Positions 1 through 9,436 of a DNA stretch of 54,574 nt are shown in pieces. The translations under genes and the position numbers were made by a program. The first letter of the stretch is position 1. Each line of letters begins with the position of its first letter. The notes under the pieces were generated by a model, which saw only the letters and a list, made by a program, of their open reading frames with translations, was not told the DNA's origin and made no database searches. Source of the DNA: Armatimonadota bacterium (GTDB lineage: Bacteria; Sysuimicrobiota; Sysuimicrobiia; Sysuimicrobiales; Humicultoraceae); contig JBBIOM010000010.1 of the NCBI GenBank assembly GCA_037443365.1, forward strand, positions 1 to 54,574. The letters are read 5' to 3'.

Positions 1-75
1 TCGGGGAGGGGGGATTTGAACCCCCGGCCTCAGCGTCCCGAACGCTGCGCGCTAACCAAGCTGCGCTACTCCCCG
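1..75 (-). tRNA. tRNA-Pro(CGG)
   Basis: Reverse complement CGGGGAGTAGCGCAGCTTGGTTAGCGCG-CAGCG TTCGGGA CGCTG-AGGCC-GGGGG TTCAAAT CCCCC-CTCCCCG-A folds as a cloverleaf with anticodon CGG. Any CCA end would lie outside the window. Confidence 0.96.
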
Positions 76-86
76 CCGCGCTCCCT

Positions 87-115
87 ATTGTAGTTAAGGG
101 AGCGCCGGCGGGCAA
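87..115 (-). promoter_or_regulatory. sigma70/sigmaA-type promoter for tRNA-Pro
   Basis: TTGCCC-17 nt-TACAAT on the minus strand; the -10 lies in the loop of inverted repeat gcgctccct/agggagcgc (78-105). Confidence 0.65.
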
Positions 116-119
116 GCCG

Positions 120-1433
120 TCACTCTGGCTGCCCCGGCTGCTCCTCGGATTCGGCCGGGCCGCCCGACGCGACCGGGGCAGCCGGGGCCTGCTCCGCGGA
201 CGGGGAGACTTCGGGGGACGGCTGATCCGCCCTGGCCTCCGCTGCCTGCCGCAGCAGCGCGCCCATGGCGTCGCCGATCGCGTCGCCGATGGTGGCCCGC
301 CCCTCATCCTCCTGCACGCGCATGTACTCCTTCACGCGCTTGCGCTCGGTCTCCCTGGCCAGACGCCGGAGACTCAGCAACATGCGGCGCTCGTCAGGGC
401 GTATCTCGGTGATCATTGCCTCGATCACCTGGCCGATCTCGACCACGTCCTCCACCTTGCCGACGCGCCGCTCCGCCAGCTCCGCGATCGGAAGGAAGGC
501 GTCAATGTCGCGCAGGCGCACGAACGCCCCGGATGCAACGGTGCGCACGACCTTGCCCTTTACGACCTCGCCGGCGCGATAGCGCTCGGACACGTCGGCC
601 CAGGGGTCGTCCAGGATCTGCTTGAGTCCCAGCGAGATCTTGCCGCCCTCCCTGTCCACGCGCAGCACCTGCACGCGCAGGTGTTGGTTGCGGCGCACCA
701 CCTCGGAGGGGTGCCGGATGTAGGTCCAGGCCATCTCGCTTATCGGCAGCAGGCCGTCCACGCCGCCCAGATCCACGAACGCGCCGAAGTCGGTGATGCG
801 CTTCACCGTCCCCTCGACAACCGCGCCCTCCACCAGGCTGCCCAGCACCGTCTCGCGTCGCGACCTGCGGTCTTCCTCCACGGCCAGGCGGTGCGACAGG
901 ATCACCCGGCCCTTGCCGCGATCCACCTCGATCACCTTGAGCGGGATGGATTGGCCCACGAACCACTCGAAGCGCCGGCCCTTGGCCTGGGAGAGGTCCA
1001 CGTGCGAGCCGGGCACGAACCCGCGCACGCCCAGATCCACCACGAGCCCGCCCTTGACCTTGTCAACGACCATGGCGTGCAGAACCGCGCCCGACTCCTT
1101 CATCTGGGCGATTCGCTCCCAGGCCTGGACGAAGTCGGCCCGCTTCTTGCTCAGGATGATGCTGCCTTCCTCGCCTTCCACGCGCATCACCATCACGTCT
1201 ATCTGATCGCCCACCGAGACCGTCTCCACCTCATCGCCGCGGCGGGCCATCTCCTTCGGCGGGATCAGCCCCTCCGACTTGGCTCCCACGTCCACCAGAA
1301 TGCCCTCGGTATCAACGCGGACGACCGTTCCGCGTACGATCTGCCGCTCCTGGATCCTCGGCACCGCGTTCCGCAGATCAACCGCCTCGTTCCCAGGAGC
1401 CTGATCGCCGTGAACCGTAACCTCTTCGCTCAT
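120..1433 (-). CDS. rpsA: 30S ribosomal protein S1 (four S1 domains)
   Basis: Repeated S1 motifs (VDVGAKSEG, KVKGGLVVDLGVRGFVPGS, ITDFGAFVDLGGVDGLL). ATG 1433 is better spaced from the purine-rich SD than GTG 1442. Confidence 0.93.
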   Translation of the reverse strand: MSEEVTVHGDQAPGNEAVDLRNAVPRIQERQIVRGTVVRVDTEGILVDVGAKSEGLIPPKEMARRGDEVETVSVGDQIDVMVMRVEGEEGSIILSKKRADFVQAWERIAQMKESGAVLHAMVVDKVKGGLVVDLGVRGFVPGSHVDLSQAKGRRFEWFVGQSIPLKVIEVDRGKGRVILSHRLAVEEDRRSRRETVLGSLVEGAVVEGTVKRITDFGAFVDLGGVDGLLPISEMAWTYIRHPSEVVRRNQHLRVQVLRVDREGGKISLGLKQILDDPWADVSERYRAGEVVKGKVVRTVASGAFVRLRDIDAFLPIAELAERRVGKVEDVVEIGQVIEAMITEIRPDERRMLLSLRRLARETERKRVKEYMRVQEDEGRATIGDAIGDAMGALLRQAAEARADQPSPEVSPSAEQAPAAPVASGGPAESEEQPGQPE

Positions 1434-1499
1434 GCTTGCCACGCCCTCTCACGCGCCCCGCGCCCCGCACTGCCGATCCTTCCGGGCACATCATGCTTT

Positions 1500-1526
1500 C
1501 TTCGCCGCGCCGCTTGTCTTTCCTCC
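1500..1526 (-). promoter_or_regulatory. sigmaH-like promoter upstream of rpsA
   Basis: GGAGGAAAG-11 nt-GGCGAAG, same motif as seven other sites in the window. Confidence 0.5.
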
Positions 1527-1530
1527 CGCG

Positions 1531-2571
1531 CTAGATCCGCCAGTAGTTCAGCAACTGCCCCCGCGCCGCGCGCAGACGCGGGCGCAGTACCGAGGGTGGG
1601 GCTTCGGGCGGCGGCTCCTCGTGCGGGATGCCCCAGGCCGCGCGCCCGACGAGCGCCTCCAGCGTGGCCACGGCCGAGGCTCCCAGCGCCTCGAGGTCGT
1701 AGCCGCCCTCCAGCGTGACGAGCAGCGGGGCGCCCAGGGCCCGGGTCGCGTCCTCGAGAAGCCTGGAGAGGCGCCCGAACCCCCTGGCCGTCAGGACCAT
1801 GCCGCCCAGCGGATCGGCGTAGTGGGCGTCGTAGCCGGCCGACACGATCACCAGGCCCGGGGAGTAGGCGCGCGCCAGGGGGAGTACCACCTCGGTGAAG
1901 GCCTCCTCGTACCCGCCGTCTCCGGTCTCGGCCGGAAGCGGCAGGTTCACGGTGAACCCCTCCCCAGGACCCTCTCCTGCCTCGTGCATGGCGCCGGTGC
2001 CCGGATACCAGTACTCCTGGTGCACCGACACGAACAGCACGTCCGGGTCGCGCCAGAAGATGCCCTGGGTCCCGTTGCCGTGATGCACGTCCCAGTCCAC
2101 GATCATGATGCGCCTGCATCCGGCGCGGCGCGCCGCCTCGGCTGCCACCGCCGCGTTGTTGAAGAGGCAGAACCCCATCCCCCTGTCTGGCAGCGCATGG
2201 TGCCCGGGCGGGCGCACCGTCACGAGGGCCCGCGAGGCCTCTCCCTCGCACAGCGCCTCGGCCGCGCGCGCCGCAGCGCCCGCCGCGTGTGCGGCGGCCA
2301 GCGCCGATTCCGGGCCCACGCGCGTATCCTGGTCCAGCCAGCCGCCCCCGCTCCGGGCGATCGCCTCCAACCCCTCGACGTAGGCGCGCGAGTGCACCGC
2401 GAGCAGGAGATCCCGCTCAACCGGCGGGCACTCGTGCGCGTCGATCATCTCGGCCAGCCCGCTCTCCGCGATCGCCCGCTGGATCGCCCGGAGGCGCTCC
2501 GGCCTCTCGGGGTGGCCTGCGCCGGTGAGGTGCCGCTCGCAGGCGGGGTGGGTGAGGTGCAGAACGCTCAC
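1531..2571 (-). CDS. Histone deacetylase family (AcuC/AphA-like) Zn amidohydrolase
   Basis: HPERPERL, RPPGHHA, GFCLFNN, DWDVHHGNGTQ, SAGYDAH..DPLG and EGGY motifs. Confidence 0.92.
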   Translation of the reverse strand: MSVLHLTHPACERHLTGAGHPERPERLRAIQRAIAESGLAEMIDAHECPPVERDLLLAVHSRAYVEGLEAIARSGGGWLDQDTRVGPESALAAAHAAGAAARAAEALCEGEASRALVTVRPPGHHALPDRGMGFCLFNNAAVAAEAARRAGCRRIMIVDWDVHHGNGTQGIFWRDPDVLFVSVHQEYWYPGTGAMHEAGEGPGEGFTVNLPLPAETGDGGYEEAFTEVVLPLARAYSPGLVIVSAGYDAHYADPLGGMVLTARGFGRLSRLLEDATRALGAPLLVTLEGGYDLEALGASAVATLEALVGRAAWGIPHEEPPPEAPPSVLRPRLRAARGQLLNYWRI

Positions 2572-3254
2572 GTCCGGGCGGCCGCCCGCAGGGCTGCTAT
2601 GGCTCCCTCGATCCCCTCCGGGGCGCCGAAGATCGCCGAGGCGGCGACGAGCACGTCGGCGCCCGCCCGGACGGCGCGGCCCGCGGTCTGCGGTGATATG
2701 CCTCCGTCAATGCCCACCCAGCCCGACCACCCGGGAAGGAGCGCGCGCAGGCGCCTGATCTTGGGCAGGGCGCCTTCCATGAAGGCCTGGCCCGCGTAGC
2801 CCGGGTTGACGCTCATGACGAGAACGAAGTCCAGAACGTCCCGCAGCTCGGCCACTGCCTCCGGCGGCGTGCCCGGGTTGAGGGCTATCCCGGCCTGCGC
2901 ACCCAGGTCGCGGATCCAGGAGAGCACGCGGTGAGGGTGCAGGGTGGCCTCGGTGTGTACCGCCAGGTACGATGCACCGGCGCGCACAAACTGCTCCACG
3001 TGCCTCTCTGGCCGCCAGACCATCAGGTGGACGTCCAGGGGCAGGCTGGTGGAGCGGCGCACCGCCTCCACGACCGCGGGCCCCATCGTGATTGGGGGTA
3101 CGAAGTAGCCATCCATCACGTCCACGTGGATCATGTCGGCGCCGCCCCGCTCGGATGCGGCCACGGCCTCGGCCAGACGCGCCAGGTCCGCGCTGAGAAT
3201 GCTGGCGGCTATGCGCACGCGCCCCCCACCGGTGCCGGGTAGAGAGGGCGTCAC
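2568..3254 (-). CDS. rpe: Ribulose-phosphate 3-epimerase
   Basis: IAASILSAD, HVDVMDG, DVHLM, MSVNPG, DGGI. Confidence 0.95.
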   Translation of the reverse strand: MTPSLPGTGGGRVRIAASILSADLARLAEAVAASERGGADMIHVDVMDGYFVPPITMGPAVVEAVRRSTSLPLDVHLMVWRPERHVEQFVRAGASYLAVHTEATLHPHRVLSWIRDLGAQAGIALNPGTPPEAVAELRDVLDFVLVMSVNPGYAGQAFMEGALPKIRRLRALLPGWSGWVGIDGGISPQTAGRAVRAGADVLVAASAIFGAPEGIEGAIAALRAAART

Positions 3255-5239
3255 GGCCGGATCTCCTGCACCAGGCGCCCGTCCACGTAGACCTGGATGA
3301 TTGTGTAGCCCTGGCTCCGCACGGTCTGGTCAACCCTGTCCCCGGGTGAGTGCTGGGCCTGATACGCGGTTCGCACGCCGGTCTCGTCAATGACCACGAT
3401 CCTTACCTCCTGCATTCCGCCCTCCGGGACGATAACCTGCACGCGCGTGCGGCGCGCCAGGCCCGGCGAGGGCGCGGGCGAGGGCTGCGGCGTAGGCCCG
3501 ACGCGCGGGCCGGGCGCCGGCGTGGGAACCGGTTGAGGCCGGGGCGTCGGCGTGCGCACGGGCTCTGCGGGCTGCCCCTCGGCGGTGATCACCGGGGCGC
3601 GCGGCGGAGCGCTCTCTTCTCCGGGGCGAACGCTGACGGTCAGGACTATCGGGAGCGAGCCTGGACGCAGCCGGGCGGCGGCCGGAGGAGACTGCTCAAG
3701 GACCGTCCCCGGCTCGGCGGTTGCGGTCGCAAGGGTCCGGACGTGCGCGATCACAAGCCCGCGTTCCTCCAGGAGCGTGCGCGCCTCCGCCAGCGTGCGC
3801 CCCAGCAGCGAGGGCATCTCCACCAGGGCAGGGCCGCGGCTGATGACCATGAGCACGGGCGTGTCCAGGGGCACGCGCGAGCCGGCGGGCGGGTCCTGTC
3901 TGATCACCGTCCCTGCCTTTGCGATCTCGTCGTGCGCCTCCTGGAGCGTGCCTGCCTGCAGACCGGCTCCCTCCAGGGCGAGCTGCGCCTCCTGCAGCGT
4001 CCGGCGCACGAGGTCCGGCACCGTCACGAGTTGCGCTCCCAGGCTCAGCACGACGCCGACGCGCCGCCCCTGCTTGACGCGCTTCCCCGGCGGCTGGTCC
4101 TGAGAAAGCACGGCGTCGGCCGGCACAGTGGGGCTGTAGGCCCGCTCCGTGACCTCTACGCCCAGCCCGGCCTGCTGCGCGATCAACTCGGCCTGGGGCA
4201 GCGACCGACCCACGAGGTCAGGCATCTCGACCTCAGGGACGCTGAGGTAGCCGTTCACGGCCTGCCAGCCGGCCCATGCGCCTATCGCGACGAGCGCGAG
4301 CACCGCGGTCGCGACCCACATCGTCGCCCCTCGGCGGGCCGGGTTGGGCGCGGCCTGGTCGCCGAGTTCGAACTTCCGAGTGGCACCCTCGTCGGGCGGC
4401 GCGGTGTCTCTCCACAGGTCGGTCTCGCCGGTAAGGTCGCCGGCCATCTCGCGGGCCGAGGCGTACCGGTCCTGGCTCGACTTGGCCAGGGCCTTGAGGA
4501 TTATCCCCTCGAGCCGCAGGGGTACCTCGGGAGCAACCGCGCGCGGGCTGGGAGCCGGCTCGTGCAGGTGCTTGAGCGCGATCGCGATGGGGCTGTCACC
4601 GGCAAAGGGCAGGCTGCCCGTCAGCATCTCGAAGAGCACCACGCCCAGGGAGTAGATGTCGGATCCACGCCCGACGCCGGCGCCGCGCGCCTGCTCGGGT
4701 GACAGGTAGTGCACCGTGCCCACGACGGTCCCGGGCTGCGTTATCGTGCTCGTGGCCAGGGCGCGGGCGATGCCGAAGTCGGCCACCTTCACGCCGCCGT
4801 CGGGGGCAAGGAGGATGTTCTGGGGCTTCACATCGCGGTGGATGATCCCCTGCCGGTGGGCGTACTCGAGCGCATCGCAGACCGCGAGGGCGATGCGCTC
4901 GGCGTCGGCTGGCTCCAGCCGGCCGACGCGCCGCAGGTAGGCCTTCAGGTCCGTGCCATCCACGTACTCCATCGCTATGAAGTAGGTGTCACCGTCCAGC
5001 CCGCTCTCCAGGACGCGTACGATGTTCGGGTGTGTCAGGGTCTCGGCGGAGCGCGCTTCGCGCGCGAACCGCTCGATGAACTCGTGGTCTGCCGCGTACT
5101 CCCCACGGGGAACCTTGAGCGCCACCACGGCGCCGTCGCCGAGCCGGCGCGCGCGGTAGACCGTGGACATGCCGCCCTCGGCTATGCGCTCCTCGATCAG
5201 GTAGCGCCCCGCGATCACCGCGCCGCGGTCCACGCTCAC
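3251..5239 (-). CDS. pknB: PASTA-domain Ser/Thr protein kinase (PrkC/PknB family)
   Basis: GGMSTVY, VALK, HRDVKPQN, DFG, YLSPEQ; one TM helix, three PASTA repeats, Pro-rich linker and small C-terminal domain. Confidence 0.92.
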   Translation of the reverse strand: MSVDRGAVIAGRYLIEERIAEGGMSTVYRARRLGDGAVVALKVPRGEYAADHEFIERFAREARSAETLTHPNIVRVLESGLDGDTYFIAMEYVDGTDLKAYLRRVGRLEPADAERIALAVCDALEYAHRQGIIHRDVKPQNILLAPDGGVKVADFGIARALATSTITQPGTVVGTVHYLSPEQARGAGVGRGSDIYSLGVVLFEMLTGSLPFAGDSPIAIALKHLHEPAPSPRAVAPEVPLRLEGIILKALAKSSQDRYASAREMAGDLTGETDLWRDTAPPDEGATRKFELGDQAAPNPARRGATMWVATAVLALVAIGAWAGWQAVNGYLSVPEVEMPDLVGRSLPQAELIAQQAGLGVEVTERAYSPTVPADAVLSQDQPPGKRVKQGRRVGVVLSLGAQLVTVPDLVRRTLQEAQLALEGAGLQAGTLQEAHDEIAKAGTVIRQDPPAGSRVPLDTPVLMVISRGPALVEMPSLLGRTLAEARTLLEERGLVIAHVRTLATATAEPGTVLEQSPPAAARLRPGSLPIVLTVSVRPGEESAPPRAPVITAEGQPAEPVRTPTPRPQPVPTPAPGPRVGPTPQPSPAPSPGLARRTRVQVIVPEGGMQEVRIVVIDETGVRTAYQAQHSPGDRVDQTVRSQGYTIIQVYVDGRLVQEIRP

Positions 5240-6279
5240 GCGGGCACCCCCTCCGCCCGGACGCGGCAGAGCTGGCCGCAGGCGGCCTGGATGTCCACGC
5301 CGCGGTCCGCGCGTACGGTTGCCGATGCTCCGCCCCTGCGCACCAGCGCCGCGAACCGGTGCACCGCGTGCATCGGAGGCCGCGCAAATGGAAGCCCGCG
5401 TACCGGGTTGTAGGGGATCACGTTCACGTGCGCGCCGCCCTCCGACAGCAGCGCCGCGAGCCGGCGCGCGTGATCGTTGCTGTCGTTGACCCCGCGCATG
5501 AGCACGTACTCGAACGTCACGCGGCGCCCGGTGGCGTCCGCGTAGTCGCGCGCCGCGGCCATGAGCTCATCCAGCGGCCAGCGCCGGGCCACCGGCACGA
5601 GTTGCGAGCGCAGATCGTCGGATGGGGCGTGCAGCGAGATGGCCAGGGTGATCTGGAGGCGCTCTGTCGCCAGGCGCCGGATCTGTGGCACCAACCCGAC
5701 CGTCGAGATAGTCATGTGGCGCGCCCCGATGCGCGGCCCGTACGCGGCGTTGAGGATGCGCACCGCGCGCAGCGTCGCAGCGTAGTTGGCCAGGGGCTCG
5801 CCCATTCCCATGAAGACGACGTGGGTCGCGCGCTCCCCGGTCTCGCCCGAGGCCAGCAGGACCTGGTCCACGATCTCCCCGGCGGTGAGGTCGCGGATGA
5901 GGCCGGCCGCGCCCGTGGCGCAGAAGGCGCACCCCATGCCGCATCCCACCTGCGTCGACACGCAGACCGAGCGCCGGGTGGCGCCGTAGCGCATCAACAC
6001 CGTCTCGATCGTCAGGCCGTCGGAGAGGCCGACGAGGAACTTGGTGGTATTGTCTCCGGGGGCGTCCGCACGCGCCAGCGCGCGCACCCGCCCAAGCGAT
6101 GCCCTCTCCTCCAGATGGCAGCGCAGCGATTGGGGCAGATCGGTCATCTCGGCAAAGCTCGCGGCGCGCCGTTCGTAGACCCAGCGCGCGATCTGAAGGG
6201 CGCGGTAGCGCGGCTCGCCCAGCGGCGTGAGGGCGGACTCGATCTCACCTGGCGTGCATCCCACGAGTTCGAGCGGCAT
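5236..6279 (-). CDS. rlmN: 23S rRNA m2A2503 radical SAM methyltransferase
   Basis: CGMGCAFC, MGMGEP and AACGQL. Start trimmed to MPLELVG so it does not overlap rsmB. Confidence 0.93.
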   Translation of the reverse strand: MPLELVGCTPGEIESALTPLGEPRYRALQIARWVYERRAASFAEMTDLPQSLRCHLEERASLGRVRALARADAPGDNTTKFLVGLSDGLTIETVLMRYGATRRSVCVSTQVGCGMGCAFCATGAAGLIRDLTAGEIVDQVLLASGETGERATHVVFMGMGEPLANYAATLRAVRILNAAYGPRIGARHMTISTVGLVPQIRRLATERLQITLAISLHAPSDDLRSQLVPVARRWPLDELMAAARDYADATGRRVTFEYVLMRGVNDSNDHARRLAALLSEGGAHVNVIPYNPVRGLPFARPPMHAVHRFAALVRRGGASATVRADRGVDIQAACGQLCRVRAEGVPA

Positions 6280-6313
6280 CACCGATCCACCGGCCTGCGC
6301 AGGCGGCGGCCCC

Positions 6314-6319
6314 ATTATA
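6314..6319 (-). promoter_or_regulatory. Candidate -10 box upstream of rlmN
   Basis: Perfect TATAAT in a short GC-rich intergenic gap, correct orientation. Confidence 0.5.
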
Positions 6320-6340
6320 GCGTCCGGGAGCGCTTCGTGT

Positions 6341-7717
6341 TCATCGCCTGCGCAGGCGGGCGACGTAGAAGCCGTCCGTGCCGTGCCGATGCGGAAGGAG
6401 GTGGGCCTCCCCTTCCCCTGCGCCATCCACGGGCTGGCCCTCCACCGCGCGCGGAAAGGCACCGGCGAACGGGGCGCGCACGAACTCAGGGGATCCCGAG
6501 AGGAATGCCCGGACGACCTCCGGGCCTTCCTCTGGCTCATTGCTGCAGACGCTGTAGACTAGCGCGCCGCCGCGGCGCACCGCGCCGGCCGCTCCGCGCA
6601 GGATCGCGAGCTGCCGCCCGGCGCCACGGCGCAGCGCTTCCTCCTGCACGCGCCACTTGATCTCGGGCCGGCGCCGGATTGTGCCCAGGCCTGAGCACGG
6701 CGCGTCTGCCAGGACCAGGTCCGCCCCATCCGGCCAGCGCCGCCCGATCTCCGTCGCGTCCGCCTGGCAGGCCTCGACGCAGGTGGCGCCGAAGGCGGCG
6801 GCACGGCGCGCCAGCGCACGGACCTTGTCGGGATGGATGTCCACGGCCAGCACGCGGCCGCGGTCTGACATGAGTGCGGCAAGGTGCAGGGTCTTGCCGC
6901 CAGGAGCGGCGCAGGCGTCCACCACTGTCGAGCCGGGTGCCGCCGCATCGGCGGCGGCGAGCACCACGAGCATGGCGCCCTCATCCTGCGGAGCGCACAG
7001 GCCCTGATCATACAACGGCAGCCGCCGCACAAGTGAGCCCCGGACGCGCACCGCCTCGGGCAAGGCGCCCGGTTCGGCCTGCATCCCGCGGGCGCGCAGC
7101 AACGCGACCAGTTCGGCCGGCGTCGCGCGCAGCGTATTGACGCGCAGGACCGTCGGCGCGGGGATGGTGTTGGCGACCAGCAACGCCCGTGCCTCTTCGG
7201 TCCCCCATCTGGCCGCCCACCGGGCTACCAGCCAGCGGGGATGCGAGTGCACGATCGAGAGGTGCCCGATCGGGTCCGCGTTCTCCTCGGGGGGCGGCGC
7301 CGGGCCTTCGGAAGCCAGGCGCCGCAGCACCGCGTTCACCAGCGCGGCGGTCCCGGCATGCCCCCACCTGCTGGCAAGGGTCACCGCCTCGGAGGTAGCC
7401 GCCGAGGCCGGCACGCGGTCGAGGTCCAGAATCTCGTACGCGCCCACCCGCAGGATCGTCCGGATGGCCGCCGGCAACGTATCGAGCGGGCGCGCCAGCA
7501 GCGCTCCAAGCGCGTGGTCGATGCGCGCGCGGTGACGCAGCACGCCCAGCACGATCGCGGTGGCGAGCGCCCGATCCGCATCGGAGAGCGACGAGCGGGC
7601 CAGGGTCGCGAAGAGCAGCGCGTTTGCGAACGCCCCGGTGCTCTCCGCGCGGCGCAGAACGGCGAAGGCGGCCTCGCGCGCCGATCGCGCCGGCCTGGCG
7701 GCTGGCCTAGTCGTCAC
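6341..7717 (-). CDS. rsmB: 16S rRNA m5C967 methyltransferase
   Basis: NusB-like N-terminus, DACAAPGGKT, DAPCSGLG, YSVCS, DGFYVA. Confidence 0.93.
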   Translation of the reverse strand: MTTRPAARPARSAREAAFAVLRRAESTGAFANALLFATLARSSLSDADRALATAIVLGVLRHRARIDHALGALLARPLDTLPAAIRTILRVGAYEILDLDRVPASAATSEAVTLASRWGHAGTAALVNAVLRRLASEGPAPPPEENADPIGHLSIVHSHPRWLVARWAARWGTEEARALLVANTIPAPTVLRVNTLRATPAELVALLRARGMQAEPGALPEAVRVRGSLVRRLPLYDQGLCAPQDEGAMLVVLAAADAAAPGSTVVDACAAPGGKTLHLAALMSDRGRVLAVDIHPDKVRALARRAAAFGATCVEACQADATEIGRRWPDGADLVLADAPCSGLGTIRRRPEIKWRVQEEALRRGAGRQLAILRGAAGAVRRGGALVYSVCSNEPEEGPEVVRAFLSGSPEFVRAPFAGAFPRAVEGQPVDGAGEGEAHLLPHRHGTDGFYVARLRRR

Positions 7718-8390
7718 GCATGTTGCGCAGCATGACCAGGCGTACGAGCTGCATGACGGCCATCGCGGCGGCGGCCACGTAGGTCAGCGCGGCCGCGCCG
7801 AGCACGGCGCGGGCCCCGTCGGCCTCGCTGGGCATCACGAAACCCTCCCCCTGCAGCACGGCCACGGCCCTGCGGCTGGCGTCGAACTCGACCGGCAGCG
7901 TGATCAACGCGAAGGCGATGTATCCCAGGAACAGGAGGATGCCCAGATCCATCAGGGGGCGCATGTTTGCGAACAGCCCTATCATGAAGAGGATCCACGC
8001 CGCGTTCGTGCCGATGCTTGCCAGGGGCACGATCGCTGAGCGCAGCGCCAGCGGGGCGTACTTCTCGCTGTGCTGCAGGGCGTGCCCGCACTCGTGCGCC
8101 GCCACGCCCACCGCGGCGACGGAGTCGCTCCCGTACACCTCGGGCGAGAGCCGCAGCGTCTGGGTTCTGGGATCGTAGTGATCGGCGAGCATGCCCTGGG
8201 TCGGCTCGATCTTCACCTGGCGCAGGCCGCGGCGCCGCAGCAGTTCGGCCGCCACCTCGGCCCCTGTGAGGCCGCGCGCGGTGCGCACCTGGCTGAACCG
8301 CGAGAAGGTGCTGCGTACCTTGAACTGCGCGTAGGCCGCCAGCAGCAGCGCGGGAATCAGGATCAGGAACGTGCCGTCACCAAAGAACAT
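7707..8390 (-). CDS. Putative neutral zinc metallopeptidase (YugP-like membrane protein)
   Basis: DHYDP, AAHECGHA, TLPVEFDASRRA, AALTYVA. Confidence 0.9.
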   Translation of the reverse strand: MFFGDGTFLILIPALLLAAYAQFKVRSTFSRFSQVRTARGLTGAEVAAELLRRRGLRQVKIEPTQGMLADHYDPRTQTLRLSPEVYGSDSVAAVGVAAHECGHALQHSEKYAPLALRSAIVPLASIGTNAAWILFMIGLFANMRPLMDLGILLFLGYIAFALITLPVEFDASRRAVAVLQGEGFVMPSEADGARAVLGAAALTYVAAAAMAVMQLVRLVMLRNMRDD

Positions 8391-8428
8391 GCTACCCCTC
8401 CCGTGGCTCCCTACTCCGACTCATCACT

Positions 8429-8450
8429 GTATTCTATCAGTATTCTATCA
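8429..8450 (-). repeat. Tandem 11-bp direct repeat TGATAGAATAC x2
   Basis: gtattctatca at 8429-8439 and 8440-8450; each unit reads as an extended -10 (TGnTAGAAT) on the minus strand. Confidence 0.7.
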
Positions 8451-9431
8451 CACCGGGTGTACCGGAGCGGACTCCGAACGCGCCGGGTGCTCCCCCTCGC
8501 CCAGCCGGTCTCCTGCCGCGATGCGGTGCCCGCGCGCGAACGCCGCGGCGTGCATGCGCCGGCCTCCCTCGGGCTGCACCTCCAGGAGTGTGACCGCGCC
8601 TTCGCCCGCGGCCACCGTGATGCCGTCCTCGCCCACGCCCAGCACCTGTCCGGGCAATCCACCGCCCTGGGCCACGCGCGCGCGCCAGATGCGCAGCACG
8701 CCGACCTGCCACGTCGTGTGGGCGCAGGGCCAGGGGTTCATGGCGCGGATCATGTTGACGAGCGAGCGGGCCGGGCGTGCCCAGGCTATCGCGCCGTCGG
8801 CCTTCGAGAGCTTCCCGGCGTAGGTCGCGCGCGCGTGGTCCTGCGCATGGCGGGCGGCTTCCTTGCGCGCAATCTGGCCGACGGCCTCAAGGAGCAGGGC
8901 GGCGCCCTCCTCGGCCAGGCGCGCCTCGAGCTCGCCCGCGGTCTCCTCTGGCCCGATTGCGATCCGCCGCTGCAGGATCACATCGCCGGCGTCGAGCTCC
9001 TCGGTGAGGTACATCACGGTCACGCCGGTTACTTCCGCACCGTCGGCGATCGCGCGCTGGATCGGCGATGCGCCGCGGTACTGCGGGAGCAGCGACGGGT
9101 GGAGGTTCACGCAGCCGAGCGGCGGGAGCGCAAGCAGGGCGCCTGGCACAAGAAGGCCGTACGCCACCGTGACCACGAGGTCGGGTTGCAGTGCGCGTAT
9201 CTGCTCAAGCGCCTGGGCCGACCTCAGGCTCCGGGGCTGGAGCAGTCGCAGCCCCATCTCCCGCGCCGCCACAGCCACCGGGGGCGGCGTCGCAACCCGT
9301 CCACGCCCAGCAGGGCGATCGGGCTGGGTGACGACACCCACCACGTTCGCGGACCGGGCAAGGACACGCAGCGAGGGGAGCGCAAAGTCGGGGGTGCCCA
9401 GGAACAACACCCGGAGCAGGGCCTCTTGCAT
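8448..9431 (-). CDS. fmt: Methionyl-tRNA formyltransferase
   Basis: FLGTPDFA, TQPDRPAGRG, NLHPSLLPQYRGASPI, LDAGD. Confidence 0.96.
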   Translation of the reverse strand: MQEALLRVLFLGTPDFALPSLRVLARSANVVGVVTQPDRPAGRGRVATPPPVAVAAREMGLRLLQPRSLRSAQALEQIRALQPDLVVTVAYGLLVPGALLALPPLGCVNLHPSLLPQYRGASPIQRAIADGAEVTGVTVMYLTEELDAGDVILQRRIAIGPEETAGELEARLAEEGAALLLEAVGQIARKEAARHAQDHARATYAGKLSKADGAIAWARPARSLVNMIRAMNPWPCAHTTWQVGVLRIWRARVAQGGGLPGQVLGVGEDGITVAAGEGAVTLLEVQPEGGRRMHAAAFARGHRIAAGDRLGEGEHPARSESAPVHPV

Positions 9432-9436
9432 CGCGG

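Noticed and set aside
1-119. tRNA as an integration site
   Set aside because: The 3' flank is outside the window; no integrase or duplicated tRNA end was seen inside it.
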